Assembly: GCA_050952625.1 (NCBI GenBank)
Contig: JBMNLH010000003.1
Coordinates: forward strand, 96,001 to 160,000
Source of the DNA: Bacillota bacterium
GTDB taxonomy: Bacteria > Bacillota > Ch66 > Ch109
DNA: 64,000 nt
Direction: 5' to 3'
Part shown: piece after piece, positions 9,331-18,811 of the stretch
Numbering within the stretch: position 1 is the stretch's first letter
How the letters are laid out: every line of letters starts with the position of its first letter
The notes under the pieces: model-generated
The model's database searches: none
The model's input: only the letters and a program-made list of their open reading frames with translations
What the model was told of the DNA's origin: nothing
Translations under genes and position numbers: made by a program

Positions 9331-9543
9331 TTATTTGGATTCTCTTTTATATTCTAAAATATCTCCAGGCTGACATTCTAAAGCCTTACAAATTGCCTCT
9401 AGAGTTGATAATCGAATCGCTTTTGCCTTTCCATTTTTCAAGATAGAAAGGTTAGCCATCGTTATTCCAACCCTCTCCGAAAGTTCGGTGACGCTCATTT
9501 TCCTTTTAGCCAGCATCACATCGATATTGATTATTATCGCCAT
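9331..9543 (-). CDS. YozG-like XRE/HTH transcriptional regulator
   Basis: MAIIINIDVMLAKRKMSVTELSERVGITMANLSILKNGKAKAIR..CQPGDILEY; paired with DUF2975. Confidence 0.92.
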   Translation of the reverse strand: MAIIINIDVMLAKRKMSVTELSERVGITMANLSILKNGKAKAIRLSTLEAICKALECQPGDILEYKRESK

Positions 9544-9553
9544 GTTATTCACC

Positions 9554-10029
9554 TCAAACCGTTAAATCATTTTCTGATTTTATATCTATGGCATTTTGTA
9601 ATAGCTTTTGAAGAACAGCAGCAAAGACTGCATCCACCATTGAAGCAAAAATAATGACCATTCCGATTAGTATGACCCCTGGGGCGTCGTCTATCTCCGC
9701 CAGTAGAAAGAAGAGTGGCATGCCTACTACATACAAAATACTGATTGTAATTGCACAGTTTCTTATATTTTTTAACGCAGTTACAGATAATTCCGAGAAC
9801 GCTTTGTTCCGGTCAATATAGCTTAACAGTCTGAAGGTCTGATACAGAGCAAAGAAAAACGGTATCGCCGTAGCATACAAAAAATTAAAATGAGATATGA
9901 CAAACAAGCTAACTCCGGATTCAATTCTGCCGCTCTATTTGCTATCCAAGGCAACCAAAAACAAAAACCAAGAATCGGAATTCCAATAAGAAAAACAACT
10001 ACCTTTAAAAAGAGTGTTTCTCGTTTCAT
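9554..10029 (-). pseudogene. DUF2975 (YoaS-like) membrane protein, frameshifted in a T-run near 9882
   Basis: MKRETLFLKVVVFLIG.. and ..LYATAIPFFFALYQ..IKSENDLTV lie in different frames; one extra T in the T6 run restores the frame. May be a sequencing error. Confidence 0.75.
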
Positions 10030-10279
10030 AAAAGCACCTCGCTAATTTAGTGTTAAATTAATTTTACCACAGATTTATTGTTTTGCAATAAATTATTATC
10101 ATTTTGCAATATTTTTTTATTGTCTCTTGATTATCCAACATCTACAACATTTGGCCATTTTAAACTGTAAATATAATCCATTCTCAATTAAAACGGATAT
10201 ATACTTTTTCTCACTTTTATTGTGGGTGATGATATATAATTATAATATAGTGTGATAGCAAACTGGAAGGAGAAAGCAT

Positions 10280-11179
10280 ATGTACGACAATATTATTGAT
10301 ACCATTGGTCATACACCGCTTGTTAAGATTAGTAAGTTAAACCCCAAGCCGCATATCCCGCTTTACGCAAAGCTGGAGGGTTTTAACCCAACGGGGAGCA
10401 TTAAAGATCGTATTGCCATAAAAATGATCGAGCAGGCAGAAGAAAGCGGCGTTCTCACTCCGGGCAAAACAATAATCGAGCCTACCTCCGGCAATACCGG
10501 AATTGGTCTGGCAATGATCGGTGCCGTAAAAGGGTATGCGGTTGAAATCGTCATGAGTGAAGCAGTTTCCGTTGAACGCCGCAAGATGATTGAGGCTTTT
10601 GGAGCTAAGACTACTCTTACGGATGCTTCCCAAGGCACGGATGGGGCCATTAGGAAAGCCCATGAACTTTGCCGCAGCTATCCGGATAAATACTTTATGC
10701 CCAACCAGTTTTCTAATGAATATAATAAACTGACTCATTATAAAACTACCGCCCATGAAATCTGGGAGGACACTGGGGGCAAGGTTACCCATATCGTTTC
10801 CGCTCTTGGCACCTCAGGAACCATCATGGGAATAGGGATGGGATTAAAAGCCAAAAATCCTGATATTCAGATTGTTGAGGCACATCCTGTTCGGGGCCAT
10901 TACATCCAAGGCCTCAAAAACATGCAAGAAGCCATAGTCCCGGCAATCTATAATCCGGCTCAGATCGACCGAAGGGTGATGATTGAATCTGAGGCTGCGT
11001 TTGCGATGGCCCGAACCATTGTGGCGCAGGAAGGCATCTTTGTGGGTATGAGCAGCGGAGCAGCCATGGTGGCCGCACTCGAATGCATCAAAGACATAGA
11101 AGAAGGCTTTGTGGTGGTAATATTTCCCGACCGGGGAGAAAAATACCTGAGTACGGGTTTATTTCATCTGGCCCCTTAA
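10280..11179 (+). CDS. Cysteine synthase (CysK/CysM family)
   Basis: KLEGFNPTGSIKDR, EPTSGNTGIG, LGTSGT, GMSSGA and PDRGEKYLST motifs. Confidence 0.93.
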   Translation: MYDNIIDTIGHTPLVKISKLNPKPHIPLYAKLEGFNPTGSIKDRIAIKMIEQAEESGVLTPGKTIIEPTSGNTGIGLAMIGAVKGYAVEIVMSEAVSVERRKMIEAFGAKTTLTDASQGTDGAIRKAHELCRSYPDKYFMPNQFSNEYNKLTHYKTTAHEIWEDTGGKVTHIVSALGTSGTIMGIGMGLKAKNPDIQIVEAHPVRGHYIQGLKNMQEAIVPAIYNPAQIDRRVMIESEAAFAMARTIVAQEGIFVGMSSGAAMVAALECIKDIEEGFVVVIFPDRGEKYLSTGLFHLAP

Positions 11180-11302
11180 TCAGTGTTAATTAGCGGGCTC
11201 TAGTCGATACCCTCGGACAGTCTTCGCGATTTATTTTTTGCTATCCTAATAGATAACCTCCTGCGGAGATACTGAATAATCTGTAGCAGGAGGTGATTCA
11301 AT

Positions 11303-11527
11303 ATGCCTTGGCAAACGACTCTACAATATTTGATAAATCAACCTGTTGGCGTGTCCCTGGCTGACGGTACAGGTGTTTCGGGTATCCTTTGTAGCATCAA
11401 TCATAAAGAAATATACTTGCTGGAGTATTTATATCATACTCAATTTGCGCTAAAACACTACCCCCTCAACCTAATTCAGGATGTTCTTCCATTTCCATCA
11501 TGTAATACTCCAGGACCACTTTATTAA
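11303..11527 (+). CDS. Small hypothetical protein (possibly sporulation-related)
   Basis: Strong SD AGGAGGTGA; 74 aa; followed by a terminator. Confidence 0.7.
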   Translation: MPWQTTLQYLINQPVGVSLADGTGVSGILCSINHKEIYLLEYLYHTQFALKHYPLNLIQDVLPFPSCNTPGPLY

Positions 11528-11549
11528 CTTGACCATAGGCAATTTCCTT

Positions 11550-11587
11550 GGAAGGAGTGTTGTGGAACACTCCTTCCTGTTATTTTC
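11550..11587 (+). terminator. Rho-independent terminator
   Basis: GGAAGGAGTGTT-GTGG-AACACTCCTTCC, 12-bp stem plus T-rich tail. Confidence 0.8.
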
Positions 11588-11712
11588 TAAAGCTTTTTGA
11601 ACCTGTACTAAACAAATGATGCAACAATACGATCGATATTTTTTGTGTTGAAAAAGTCGAGTATCGTTAAAGTAACTTGGGTATTATGTAGGTACGAAAA
11701 GGGGGTGAGATA

Positions 11713-12576
11713 ATGTTACGCGAATTAAATCATGTGATTGACTATATTGAAGACCATTTAACCGATGACCTATCTCTTGAAGTGATTTCTGAATATGCCG
11801 GGGTTTCTGACTATCACTTTAGAAAAATATTTTTCTATCTTTCAGGGTTGACGCTTAGTGAATATATCAAAAACAGAAAATTGTCGGAAGCAAATAAGGA
11901 TTTATTAGATGGGGAAAAAGTAACGGAAGTTGCTTTTAAATATGGTTATCAGTCAATGGACGGCTTTACTCGAGCCTTTAAAAAATGGAGTGGGTTTTTA
12001 CCGTCAGATGTAATAAAAAAAGGCATGAGCAAATCGTTTCCCAAACTTTCATTCGTAATAACCGTCAAAGGAGGAATTCCGATGGAATTTAGAATTGAAG
12101 ACAAACCAGCGTTTAATTTAGTCGGTGTAAGCAAACGTGTTCCTATGCAATTTGAAGGGGTTAATAACGAGATTGTTAAGCTTGCCGAAAGCATAACGGA
12201 CGAACAAAGAAAAGAAATGCATTCTCTGCAAAATATCGAGCCTTATGAAATTGTCAATGCTTCTTATGATGCTGACGCTAATTTCCTAAAAGAAGAAGGA
12301 GATTTAACTCATCTGATAGGTGTTTTAACGACCGAAAATCAAGTAAGTGATCTCTTAGAAAAAGTGCCGGTCGAAGCCGGCACCTGGGCAATATTTCCAA
12401 ACGAAGGACCATTCCCCGCTACGTTACAAAATACAATGGCCAGAATATATTCAGAATGGCTTCCTTCATCCAATTATGAAGTAATTAATGCCCCTACTTT
12501 TTCTTTTACGAAAATGGATGAACATAAAAAAGATTATGCTTATAGTGAAATTTGGATTCCGGTCCGGAAGAAATAA
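11713..12576 (+). CDS. AraC-family regulator with GyrI-like effector domain
   Basis: N-terminal AraC HTH (VAFKYGYQSMDGFTRAFKK); C-terminal IYSEWLPSSNY..SEIWIPV. Confidence 0.92.
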   Translation: MLRELNHVIDYIEDHLTDDLSLEVISEYAGVSDYHFRKIFFYLSGLTLSEYIKNRKLSEANKDLLDGEKVTEVAFKYGYQSMDGFTRAFKKWSGFLPSDVIKKGMSKSFPKLSFVITVKGGIPMEFRIEDKPAFNLVGVSKRVPMQFEGVNNEIVKLAESITDEQRKEMHSLQNIEPYEIVNASYDADANFLKEEGDLTHLIGVLTTENQVSDLLEKVPVEAGTWAIFPNEGPFPATLQNTMARIYSEWLPSSNYEVINAPTFSFTKMDEHKKDYAYSEIWIPVRKK

Positions 12577-12605
12577 AAACCATGTTATTAGTTGCGGGAA
12601 CCCGA

Positions 12606-13290
12606 TTACTTTCCTACCGCTTTTGAAAGAGCATTATCCAGGTCAAAGATCAGGTCTTCAACATCCTCCACACCGATTGATAAACGAATTTGGTCTGGAG
12701 TTACTCCGGCCCTTTTCTGATCTTCCTCACTTAACTGCGAATGAGTCGTAGTGGCCGGGTGAATAACCAACGATTTGGCATCAGCCACGTTGGCCAAATT
12801 AGAGAAAAGTTCAAGACTGTTAAAGAAGCGTTTGGCAGTCTCTTTATCACCCTTTATCCCAAAAGTGAATATAGAACCGGCACCCCGTGGCAAATACTTT
12901 TGGGCTAAATCATATTACAGATTCAATATCTATAATATTAATGCCAGGATTTCCGATACTTTCTATAAAAATGGCCTTTGTTTTTTCAGTGATGGCCTTT
13001 CTGAAGTTCTCCGGCTCGTCCGGATCAACGAACACTGTCTTAATTCCGTATTTCGGCAGCGTATATTGGAATAGGTTATAAGTTCCGCCGTAAAGGGTGC
13101 TCGCGGCCACTATTTCCTCGCCGGCACCGGCAATATTCATGATCGAATAAGTGATGGCGGCCGAGCCGGAGGCCAGAGCTAACCCGGCGACCCCACCTTC
13201 CAGGGCGGCTAATCTTTGTTCAAAGACATCAGTTGTTGGATTCATGATTCTGGTGTATATATTGCCGGTTTCCTCCAGGGCAAAAAGCCT
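12606..13290 (-). pseudogene. metY: O-acetylhomoserine sulfhydrylase (MetY) remnant, 5' end and middle deleted
   Basis: [33 protein letters not shown] joined out of frame at ~12914 to [36 protein letters not shown]; the PLP-lysine region is missing. Confidence 0.85.
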
Positions 13291-13853
13291 TTTCCCGGCA
13301 TTTGAAACAGGATTGCCGAATGGGTCAGGCTTTCCTTCAGAGAAGGCATAGCCTCATCCGGGGAGTAGAGCGCAAAAACATCTCCAAGCGGCAATCCGGC
13401 AGTGTGACAGAGGAGCCGCTTAACGGTCATACCATCCGACGGGTAGTCTGAAGCAGGCAACTTCCAGCTCTTGAGGTATCTTTCGGCAGGATCGTCCAGA
13501 TTCAGCTTCCCTTCCTCCGCCAGCTTCAGCACAGCCCACGCTGTTACCGATTTGGATATGGATTGAACGCGCATGGGCATGTCTACCGTCATTTTCTGTC
13601 CAGACTTTTGGTTGGCGTCGCCGTAGGCCGCCGTATATACAATCAGCCCGTCTCTAACAAGGGCAATACTAACTCCCGGTATTCCGTATAGCCCCATCAG
13701 CTTCGGAACTCTTAAATCCAGAAAAGCCGCGAATTCTTCCGTCGGGGAATGGGTCCTTATTTTTCTGTCTGGCAAATATAGGGCAAGAGCGGCCGCGCCA
13801 AAGAAGCCGATGGCGAAGGCAGCGATTATGAGGGTACTCATGGTGCGTTTCAT
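13242..13853 (-). pseudogene. Serine hydrolase (beta-lactamase C-like), 3'-truncated and fused to the metY remnant
   Basis: SxxK (QSISKS) and LLCHTAGL present; the sequence breaks at PGKGF just before the YxN motif (~13290). Confidence 0.8.
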
Positions 13854-14029
13854 GACGTTTTCTTTTTATACAGCATGGATATTGCTCCTAAGACCGCGCC
13901 CATACCGGCACCAGCGCAAAGCCATAAAATCAGATTTTGAAACAGCGCACCCAGCACAATACCAACCGCCGCGCACAGGCCGATAGATGTACCCATATTC
14001 CAGTAATCCGAAACCTTATACTTTTTCAT
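13850..14029 (-). CDS. 59-aa Gly-rich two-TM membrane protein
   Basis: Manual translation MKKYKVSDYWNMGTSIGLCAAVGIVLGALFQNLILWLCAGAGMGAVLGAISMLYKKKTS; SD GGAGGG; ATGA overlap with the next gene. Confidence 0.7.
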   Translation of the reverse strand: MKKYKVSDYWNMGTSIGLCAAVGIVLGALFQNLILWLCAGAGMGAVLGAISMLYKKKTS

Positions 14030-14153
14030 TGTTATCCCTCCAATTCTACCCCACTATAAAATGACACAAATGCACACTCCTAGTCAATCGTTTAACGTTT
14101 TCAGGAGGTGTGCATTCTTTGGGGTTCACATCTTGTTCAAGTGGATCGTCTCA

Positions 14154-14387
14154 TTATTTATCTTTAACTTGAGATTTGATGACTTCATATCCAAGTTTAG
14201 TGATAGCTTTTTCAACGTCTTCAACAGATATCTTGTCAGCATCAAAGTCAAATTTGACTTTGCTTGAGTTAAACAACACCTTTACGCTTTCTTTTTCCAC
14301 TCCGTTCAAAGATTTTGTAGCATTTTCAATCTTTTGGCTGCATGATGGGCAAGTTAACGTTTCTAATTGAATCGTTGCTTTTGGCAT
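14154..14387 (-). CDS. CopZ-like heavy-metal-associated (HMA) chaperone
   Basis: MPKATIQLETLTCPSC..; SD GGAGGG; start reset (14393 is an alternative). Confidence 0.9.
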   Translation of the reverse strand: MPKATIQLETLTCPSCSQKIENATKSLNGVEKESVKVLFNSSKVKFDFDADKISVEDVEKAITKLGYEVIKSQVKDK

Positions 14388-14404
14388 TTTCATCCCTCCA
14401 TTAT

Positions 14405-16258
14405 CTAGTATCTTAACCGGTAACGAAGAAGCCGCATACCATTTAAAATTACGGCTAGTATGCTTGCTTCGTGTACAAACATGCCTATCGACATGTTCAT
14501 CCATTCACTGAAAATTAGGCTTGTGAGCAGAGCTAACACAACTCCTACTGCGATAACAATATTTTGGCGCATATTATTAGCTGTTGCTTTTGTTAAACCA
14601 AGCGCATGTGGTAAGCGGCTAAAATCGGAATTCACTAGTACAACATCTGAGGTTTCAATCGCGACATCTGTGCCGCTTCCCATTGCAATGCCAATCTGTG
14701 CCAAAGCCAATGAAGGACTATCATTAACTCCGTCTCCAACGAATGCAACAATATGACCTTTAGCTTTCAACTCTTCAACATATGCCGACTTATCCCCCGG
14801 CAACATATGCCCGTGTGCTTCCGTCAGCCCCAATTCGCGCGCCACTAAATCAACTGTGCCCTGATTGTCTCCCGAAAGAAGGACCAGATTTTTAACCCCT
14901 AATATCTTTAATTTTTGAAGATCCTCTTTTACACCCGGGCGAATCTGGTCGCGAATGCCTATCAGTGCTTTTAATTCACTGTCGATGGATAATAAAACAA
15001 GTGAGTTTCCGTTCTTTTCAAACCGGGCAATATCTGCACGGGCCTTTTCGGTTAAATGAACATTTTCTCGCTCCATCAATGCAACATTGCCAACCGCAAC
15101 CTTATGCCCATTTACATGAGCGACAATTCCGCCACCCTTTACAACATCTGTTTTTTCAACCGGATATAATTTTGTAGCTCCGATGTGTTCTACAACAGCG
15201 TTGGCTAAGGGATGGTCTGATTCATTTTCAACGCTTGCAAGGTAATCTAATGCCTCTTCAACGTTGTCTGTGTAGAGTTCCTGGTCTGCTACTTTAGGAT
15301 TGCCTATGGTTAAGGTACCTGTTTTGTCAAAAACCATCGTATCAACCTTGCTAAAATCGCCGATAACTTCACTGCCTTTGAAAAGAACACCGTGCCTTGC
15401 TCCATTGCCAATGCCCGCTACGTTTGAAACCGGCACACCAATAACCAGTGCACCGGGGCATCCTAAGACTAATATGGTAATGGCCAATTCAATATTCCGC
15501 GAAAATAACCATACGATAATGGCGATTACTAATACTGCCGGGGTATAGTATTTAGAAAACCTGTCAATGAACCGTTCGGTTTCAGATTTTGAATCCTGCG
15601 CTTCTTCAACTAACTCAATTATTCTGCCAAAAGTAGTATCTTCACCTACACGGTCGGCAACAATTTGAAGCGTTCCATTTTCCAGAATCGTTCCGGCATA
15701 CACCTGTGAGTCTTTCTTTTTATCAACCGGAACAGACTCGCCGGTAATACTTGCCTCATTGATGTAACCTTCTCCTGACAAAACGGTTCCATCAACAGGA
15801 ACTTTCGCCCCGGTTTTAACCAGTAAAATATCACCTACGTCAACTTCATCCACTTCAACTTCTTCAAATTCGCCGTTTTCCATTTGTTTTAAAGCACTTT
15901 CCGGTGCCATTTCCGTTAACTCTTTAATGGCCGAACGCGTCTTGTTCAATGTGCGTTGTTCCAGAAAAGACCCAAATAAGAACAAAAACGTAACAATTGC
16001 TGATTCTTCAAGGTTCTTAATTAAGAATGCCCCAACAACCGCAATAGTTACCAAAACATCAATACTGACAACCTTAACCTTTAATGCTTGATAGGCTTGG
16101 ATTGCAATAGGTGCAACCCCTAATATTGAAGCGATAGCCAAGGACCAAATAGCTACAAATTCATTTTTAAAACCTAGTTCGCTGGTGAATCCAATGGCAA
16201 TTAAAACAGCACCAATCAAGGCTATATGGTTTTTTTTACTTAATATAAATCTCTGCAA
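14405..16258 (-). CDS. Heavy-metal translocating P1B-type ATPase
   Basis: TGES, CPG, DKTGT, HP and GDGVND motifs. Confidence 0.95.
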   Translation of the reverse strand: MQRFILSKKNHIALIGAVLIAIGFTSELGFKNEFVAIWSLAIASILGVAPIAIQAYQALKVKVVSIDVLVTIAVVGAFLIKNLEESAIVTFLFLFGSFLEQRTLNKTRSAIKELTEMAPESALKQMENGEFEEVEVDEVDVGDILLVKTGAKVPVDGTVLSGEGYINEASITGESVPVDKKKDSQVYAGTILENGTLQIVADRVGEDTTFGRIIELVEEAQDSKSETERFIDRFSKYYTPAVLVIAIIVWLFSRNIELAITILVLGCPGALVIGVPVSNVAGIGNGARHGVLFKGSEVIGDFSKVDTMVFDKTGTLTIGNPKVADQELYTDNVEEALDYLASVENESDHPLANAVVEHIGATKLYPVEKTDVVKGGGIVAHVNGHKVAVGNVALMERENVHLTEKARADIARFEKNGNSLVLLSIDSELKALIGIRDQIRPGVKEDLQKLKILGVKNLVLLSGDNQGTVDLVARELGLTEAHGHMLPGDKSAYVEELKAKGHIVAFVGDGVNDSPSLALAQIGIAMGSGTDVAIETSDVVLVNSDFSRLPHALGLTKATANNMRQNIVIAVGVVLALLTSLIFSEWMNMSIGMFVHEASILAVILNGMRLLRYRLRY

Positions 16259-16289
16259 ACCCTCACCTTATTCTCCGTTTTGTGGTGAT

Positions 16290-16586
16290 TTAAGCATGAT
16301 ATGCCTTATCTATCTCGGCTAACATTCTGTAAACAGCCTCATAGCTTTCGCACACATCTCCGGGAACCGTGTAATTATTAGTGATCTCACGCAGCCTGGC
16401 AAACTCTTCGTTTAATACAGGTTTTTTGGTTCCTGCTTCTTTTGTTTTCTCTATAATTGTATCAAACAATTTACGAACTTCATGAAATTCCTGATGATTA
16501 CCTCCATGAACTCTTTCTACAATCGGCACATACTGTTTCAATGTCTGAAAATGCCTTTTTTTCGCCTCATTAAAGCTATTTGTCAT
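16290..16586 (-). CDS. Short RIC-like (iron-sulfur cluster repair di-iron) protein
   Basis: VERVHG..H and LREITNNYTVPGDVCESYEAVY resemble the YtfE/ScdA C-terminal part. Confidence 0.75.
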   Translation of the reverse strand: MTNSFNEAKKRHFQTLKQYVPIVERVHGGNHQEFHEVRKLFDTIIEKTKEAGTKKPVLNEEFARLREITNNYTVPGDVCESYEAVYRMLAEIDKAYHA

Positions 16587-16618
16587 TTTTGTCCCTCCTT
16601 ATTACAGACCATAGGATT

Positions 16619-17161
16619 TTATTCAACTCCAAAAGCCTGTGCCCAGGTATCAATCATAGCGTGCAGTTTTTCATGTACTCCATGCCCTACGACATTCTCT
16701 TCATGCTGCTCGAAATATTCGAACAGAAGATTCTGTTCTTGCTCACCTATCACCTTATCCGCCATCATGAAAAGTACATTGTTTTCCTTCTCAATATGCT
16801 GACGCAACAGATTGCGGTATAGAACAGCGGCGTTATTGAATCCCTCAATACTTTTTTCATCAATACTGCGGCCCATCTGGGCGATGTATTCTCTGCCTTG
16901 AGCGTGTTCATGCAGCATTACACCAACGGGGCCACCTTCGCTAGGAATTCCTTTCTTAACAAGTTCCTTGAATAGAAAGTCCTCCTCCTTACCATGGTGA
17001 CATTTGTCTATGAATATTTTGAAAAAATAAACCACCTCATCGTAATATTGAAGTAGGGTTTCAGACCCGCTGTTATCGGACCGCATCATTTTGTCGAGTA
17101 TTTGCAGAACATAAAGGATGGCATCGTGTTCTTTTCGGAGATCTTGTGTTGCTTTTCCCAT
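16619..17161 (-). CDS. Hemerythrin-domain protein
   Basis: EH, HHGKEE..LF, EHAQGR and HIEKENNVLF motifs. Confidence 0.9.
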   Translation of the reverse strand: MGKATQDLRKEHDAILYVLQILDKMMRSDNSGSETLLQYYDEVVYFFKIFIDKCHHGKEEDFLFKELVKKGIPSEGGPVGVMLHEHAQGREYIAQMGRSIDEKSIEGFNNAAVLYRNLLRQHIEKENNVLFMMADKVIGEQEQNLLFEYFEQHEENVVGHGVHEKLHAMIDTWAQAFGVE

Positions 17162-17471
17162 TTTTAAGATCCTCCTTTTTATCTATTATCCAACGAATTT
17201 ACTACATTCTATCACACAGTACCAAGAAATGTAATGAACTGATACAATAAAAGCACACACCTTTGACAAAAATAGAGTCAAGGAGATGTTGCGAAAATGG
17301 GAAACAAATATTAGTTAATCCGGTTATTTATGAATTACATTACCAATCGAAAATCGGTGTATAACCCAAGCGTGCCGAGTAAATAATGATTTACTCTTAT
17401 CTTGATTTAAATCGGACTGTAAGAGAGAATTTTGCTTGAGTCAACTCGTAAAAGTTGGAGTTTAATATTTA

Positions 17472-18557
17472 ATGAATAAAACAATTATCTTCTATTTTAT
17501 GAGAACTTTAGCCGTTGCTGGAATAGGCGGTTTCCTTTTCAAGATATTATATATCCCTCTGCCTTGGATGTTGGGTCCGCTAACTAGCGTGATGCTCTGG
17601 AGTTTGCTAACCAAACAATCTATGTACTGGCCACTCTGGCTACGCAATGCCGGGTTAATTATTCTTGGTTATATGATGGGAATATCCTTTACGGCAGAAA
17701 CTGGCCAACAAATCCTGATCCACCTGCCCAGTATGTTTGTATCAACAACATTGATCATTCTTTTCAGCTTATTATTGGGTTATCTCGTTGGCCGCCGTAC
17801 CGGAATAAGCCGGTCAACCAGTCTTATTGGGAGCATCCCTGGAGGTTTATCGCAAATGGTCGTGCTGAGCGAAGAAATCCCTGGGTCAGATGTCACTGTC
17901 GTCACCTTTATGCAAACTATCCGCTTACTAACTGTCGTCTTTGTGATCCCCTTATTAGCAATTCACGCCTTAGCTGCTGGTCTAGAACAAAGCTTAATTA
18001 ATAATTCACTGAACGTAAACCCGCTGCCTCTGGTCGGTCCGGGCGGTTCAGTTCAAGACTGGTTAATCATTATCGCCGCTACCCTCGTCAGCACCTGGGT
18101 GGCTGTACGGTATAATTTCCCTACCCCTTATTTACTGGGGCCGCTGCTAGGGGCGGTTGGATTGGTTCTCGCTGGTAGACCCGGACCGTTAGTCCCCAAC
18201 AGCTTAATTCTCGCTGCTCAATTGTGTATCGGGACTTACATGGGATTGACCATGAATATAGCCAGCCTTAAAGCCTGGAAACAACTCCTGCCTTATACGC
18301 TGGCCGGGTCTATCGGGATTGTCCTTGTCTCTTTGATGGTGGGCTATTTTCTTACTTGTTTTTATCCAATAACGCTAGTCACTGCGTTTCTGAGTACCGC
18401 CCCCGGAGGAATGACTGAAATGGGAGTAACCGCCATGACCGTTAACGCCGATCTCTCGATTGTCACGGCTTATCAAATGTTTCGGGTATTGTTTATCCTA
18501 TTAGTGGTCCCCTGGGTGCTCAAGAGCTGGTTAATCGTTAAGAGTCCTCACAATTAA
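17472..18557 (+). CDS. AbrB-family (membrane AbrB duplication) protein
   Basis: PLPWMLGP, two PGG motifs (PGGLSQM, PGGMTEM), about 10 TM segments. Confidence 0.88.
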   Translation: MNKTIIFYFMRTLAVAGIGGFLFKILYIPLPWMLGPLTSVMLWSLLTKQSMYWPLWLRNAGLIILGYMMGISFTAETGQQILIHLPSMFVSTTLIILFSLLLGYLVGRRTGISRSTSLIGSIPGGLSQMVVLSEEIPGSDVTVVTFMQTIRLLTVVFVIPLLAIHALAAGLEQSLINNSLNVNPLPLVGPGGSVQDWLIIIAATLVSTWVAVRYNFPTPYLLGPLLGAVGLVLAGRPGPLVPNSLILAAQLCIGTYMGLTMNIASLKAWKQLLPYTLAGSIGIVLVSLMVGYFLTCFYPITLVTAFLSTAPGGMTEMGVTAMTVNADLSIVTAYQMFRVLFILLVVPWVLKSWLIVKSPHN

Positions 18558-18811
18558 CTCTAAGGGCACTAAATTGCCGCTGTTAATTTGCTTTGTAGAT
18601 ACTATTTCCGCGATGCTGATAGGGTATCCGGGACTTATTACCGCGCAAAAATCAATCAGTAATTTGTTTGGCGAGAGCCTGCTTAAAACGATAGCTTTCA
18701 ACATTGATGTTTAGGATATGGGCTTTGTGGTTGAACCTATCCAGCAATGCAGCTATCAATTGTGCGTCTAATAACTAAGCTTAACATTTTGTCATCAGTT
18801 GTGACCCTATT

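Noticed and set aside
10030-10279. S-box or T-box riboswitch upstream of cysteine synthase
   Set aside because: AT-rich region with no recognisable SAM-I or T-box consensus.
17225-17290. Canonical FNR/Crp box
   Set aside because: Arm spacing is 9 bp rather than 4; kept only as an unassigned inverted repeat.
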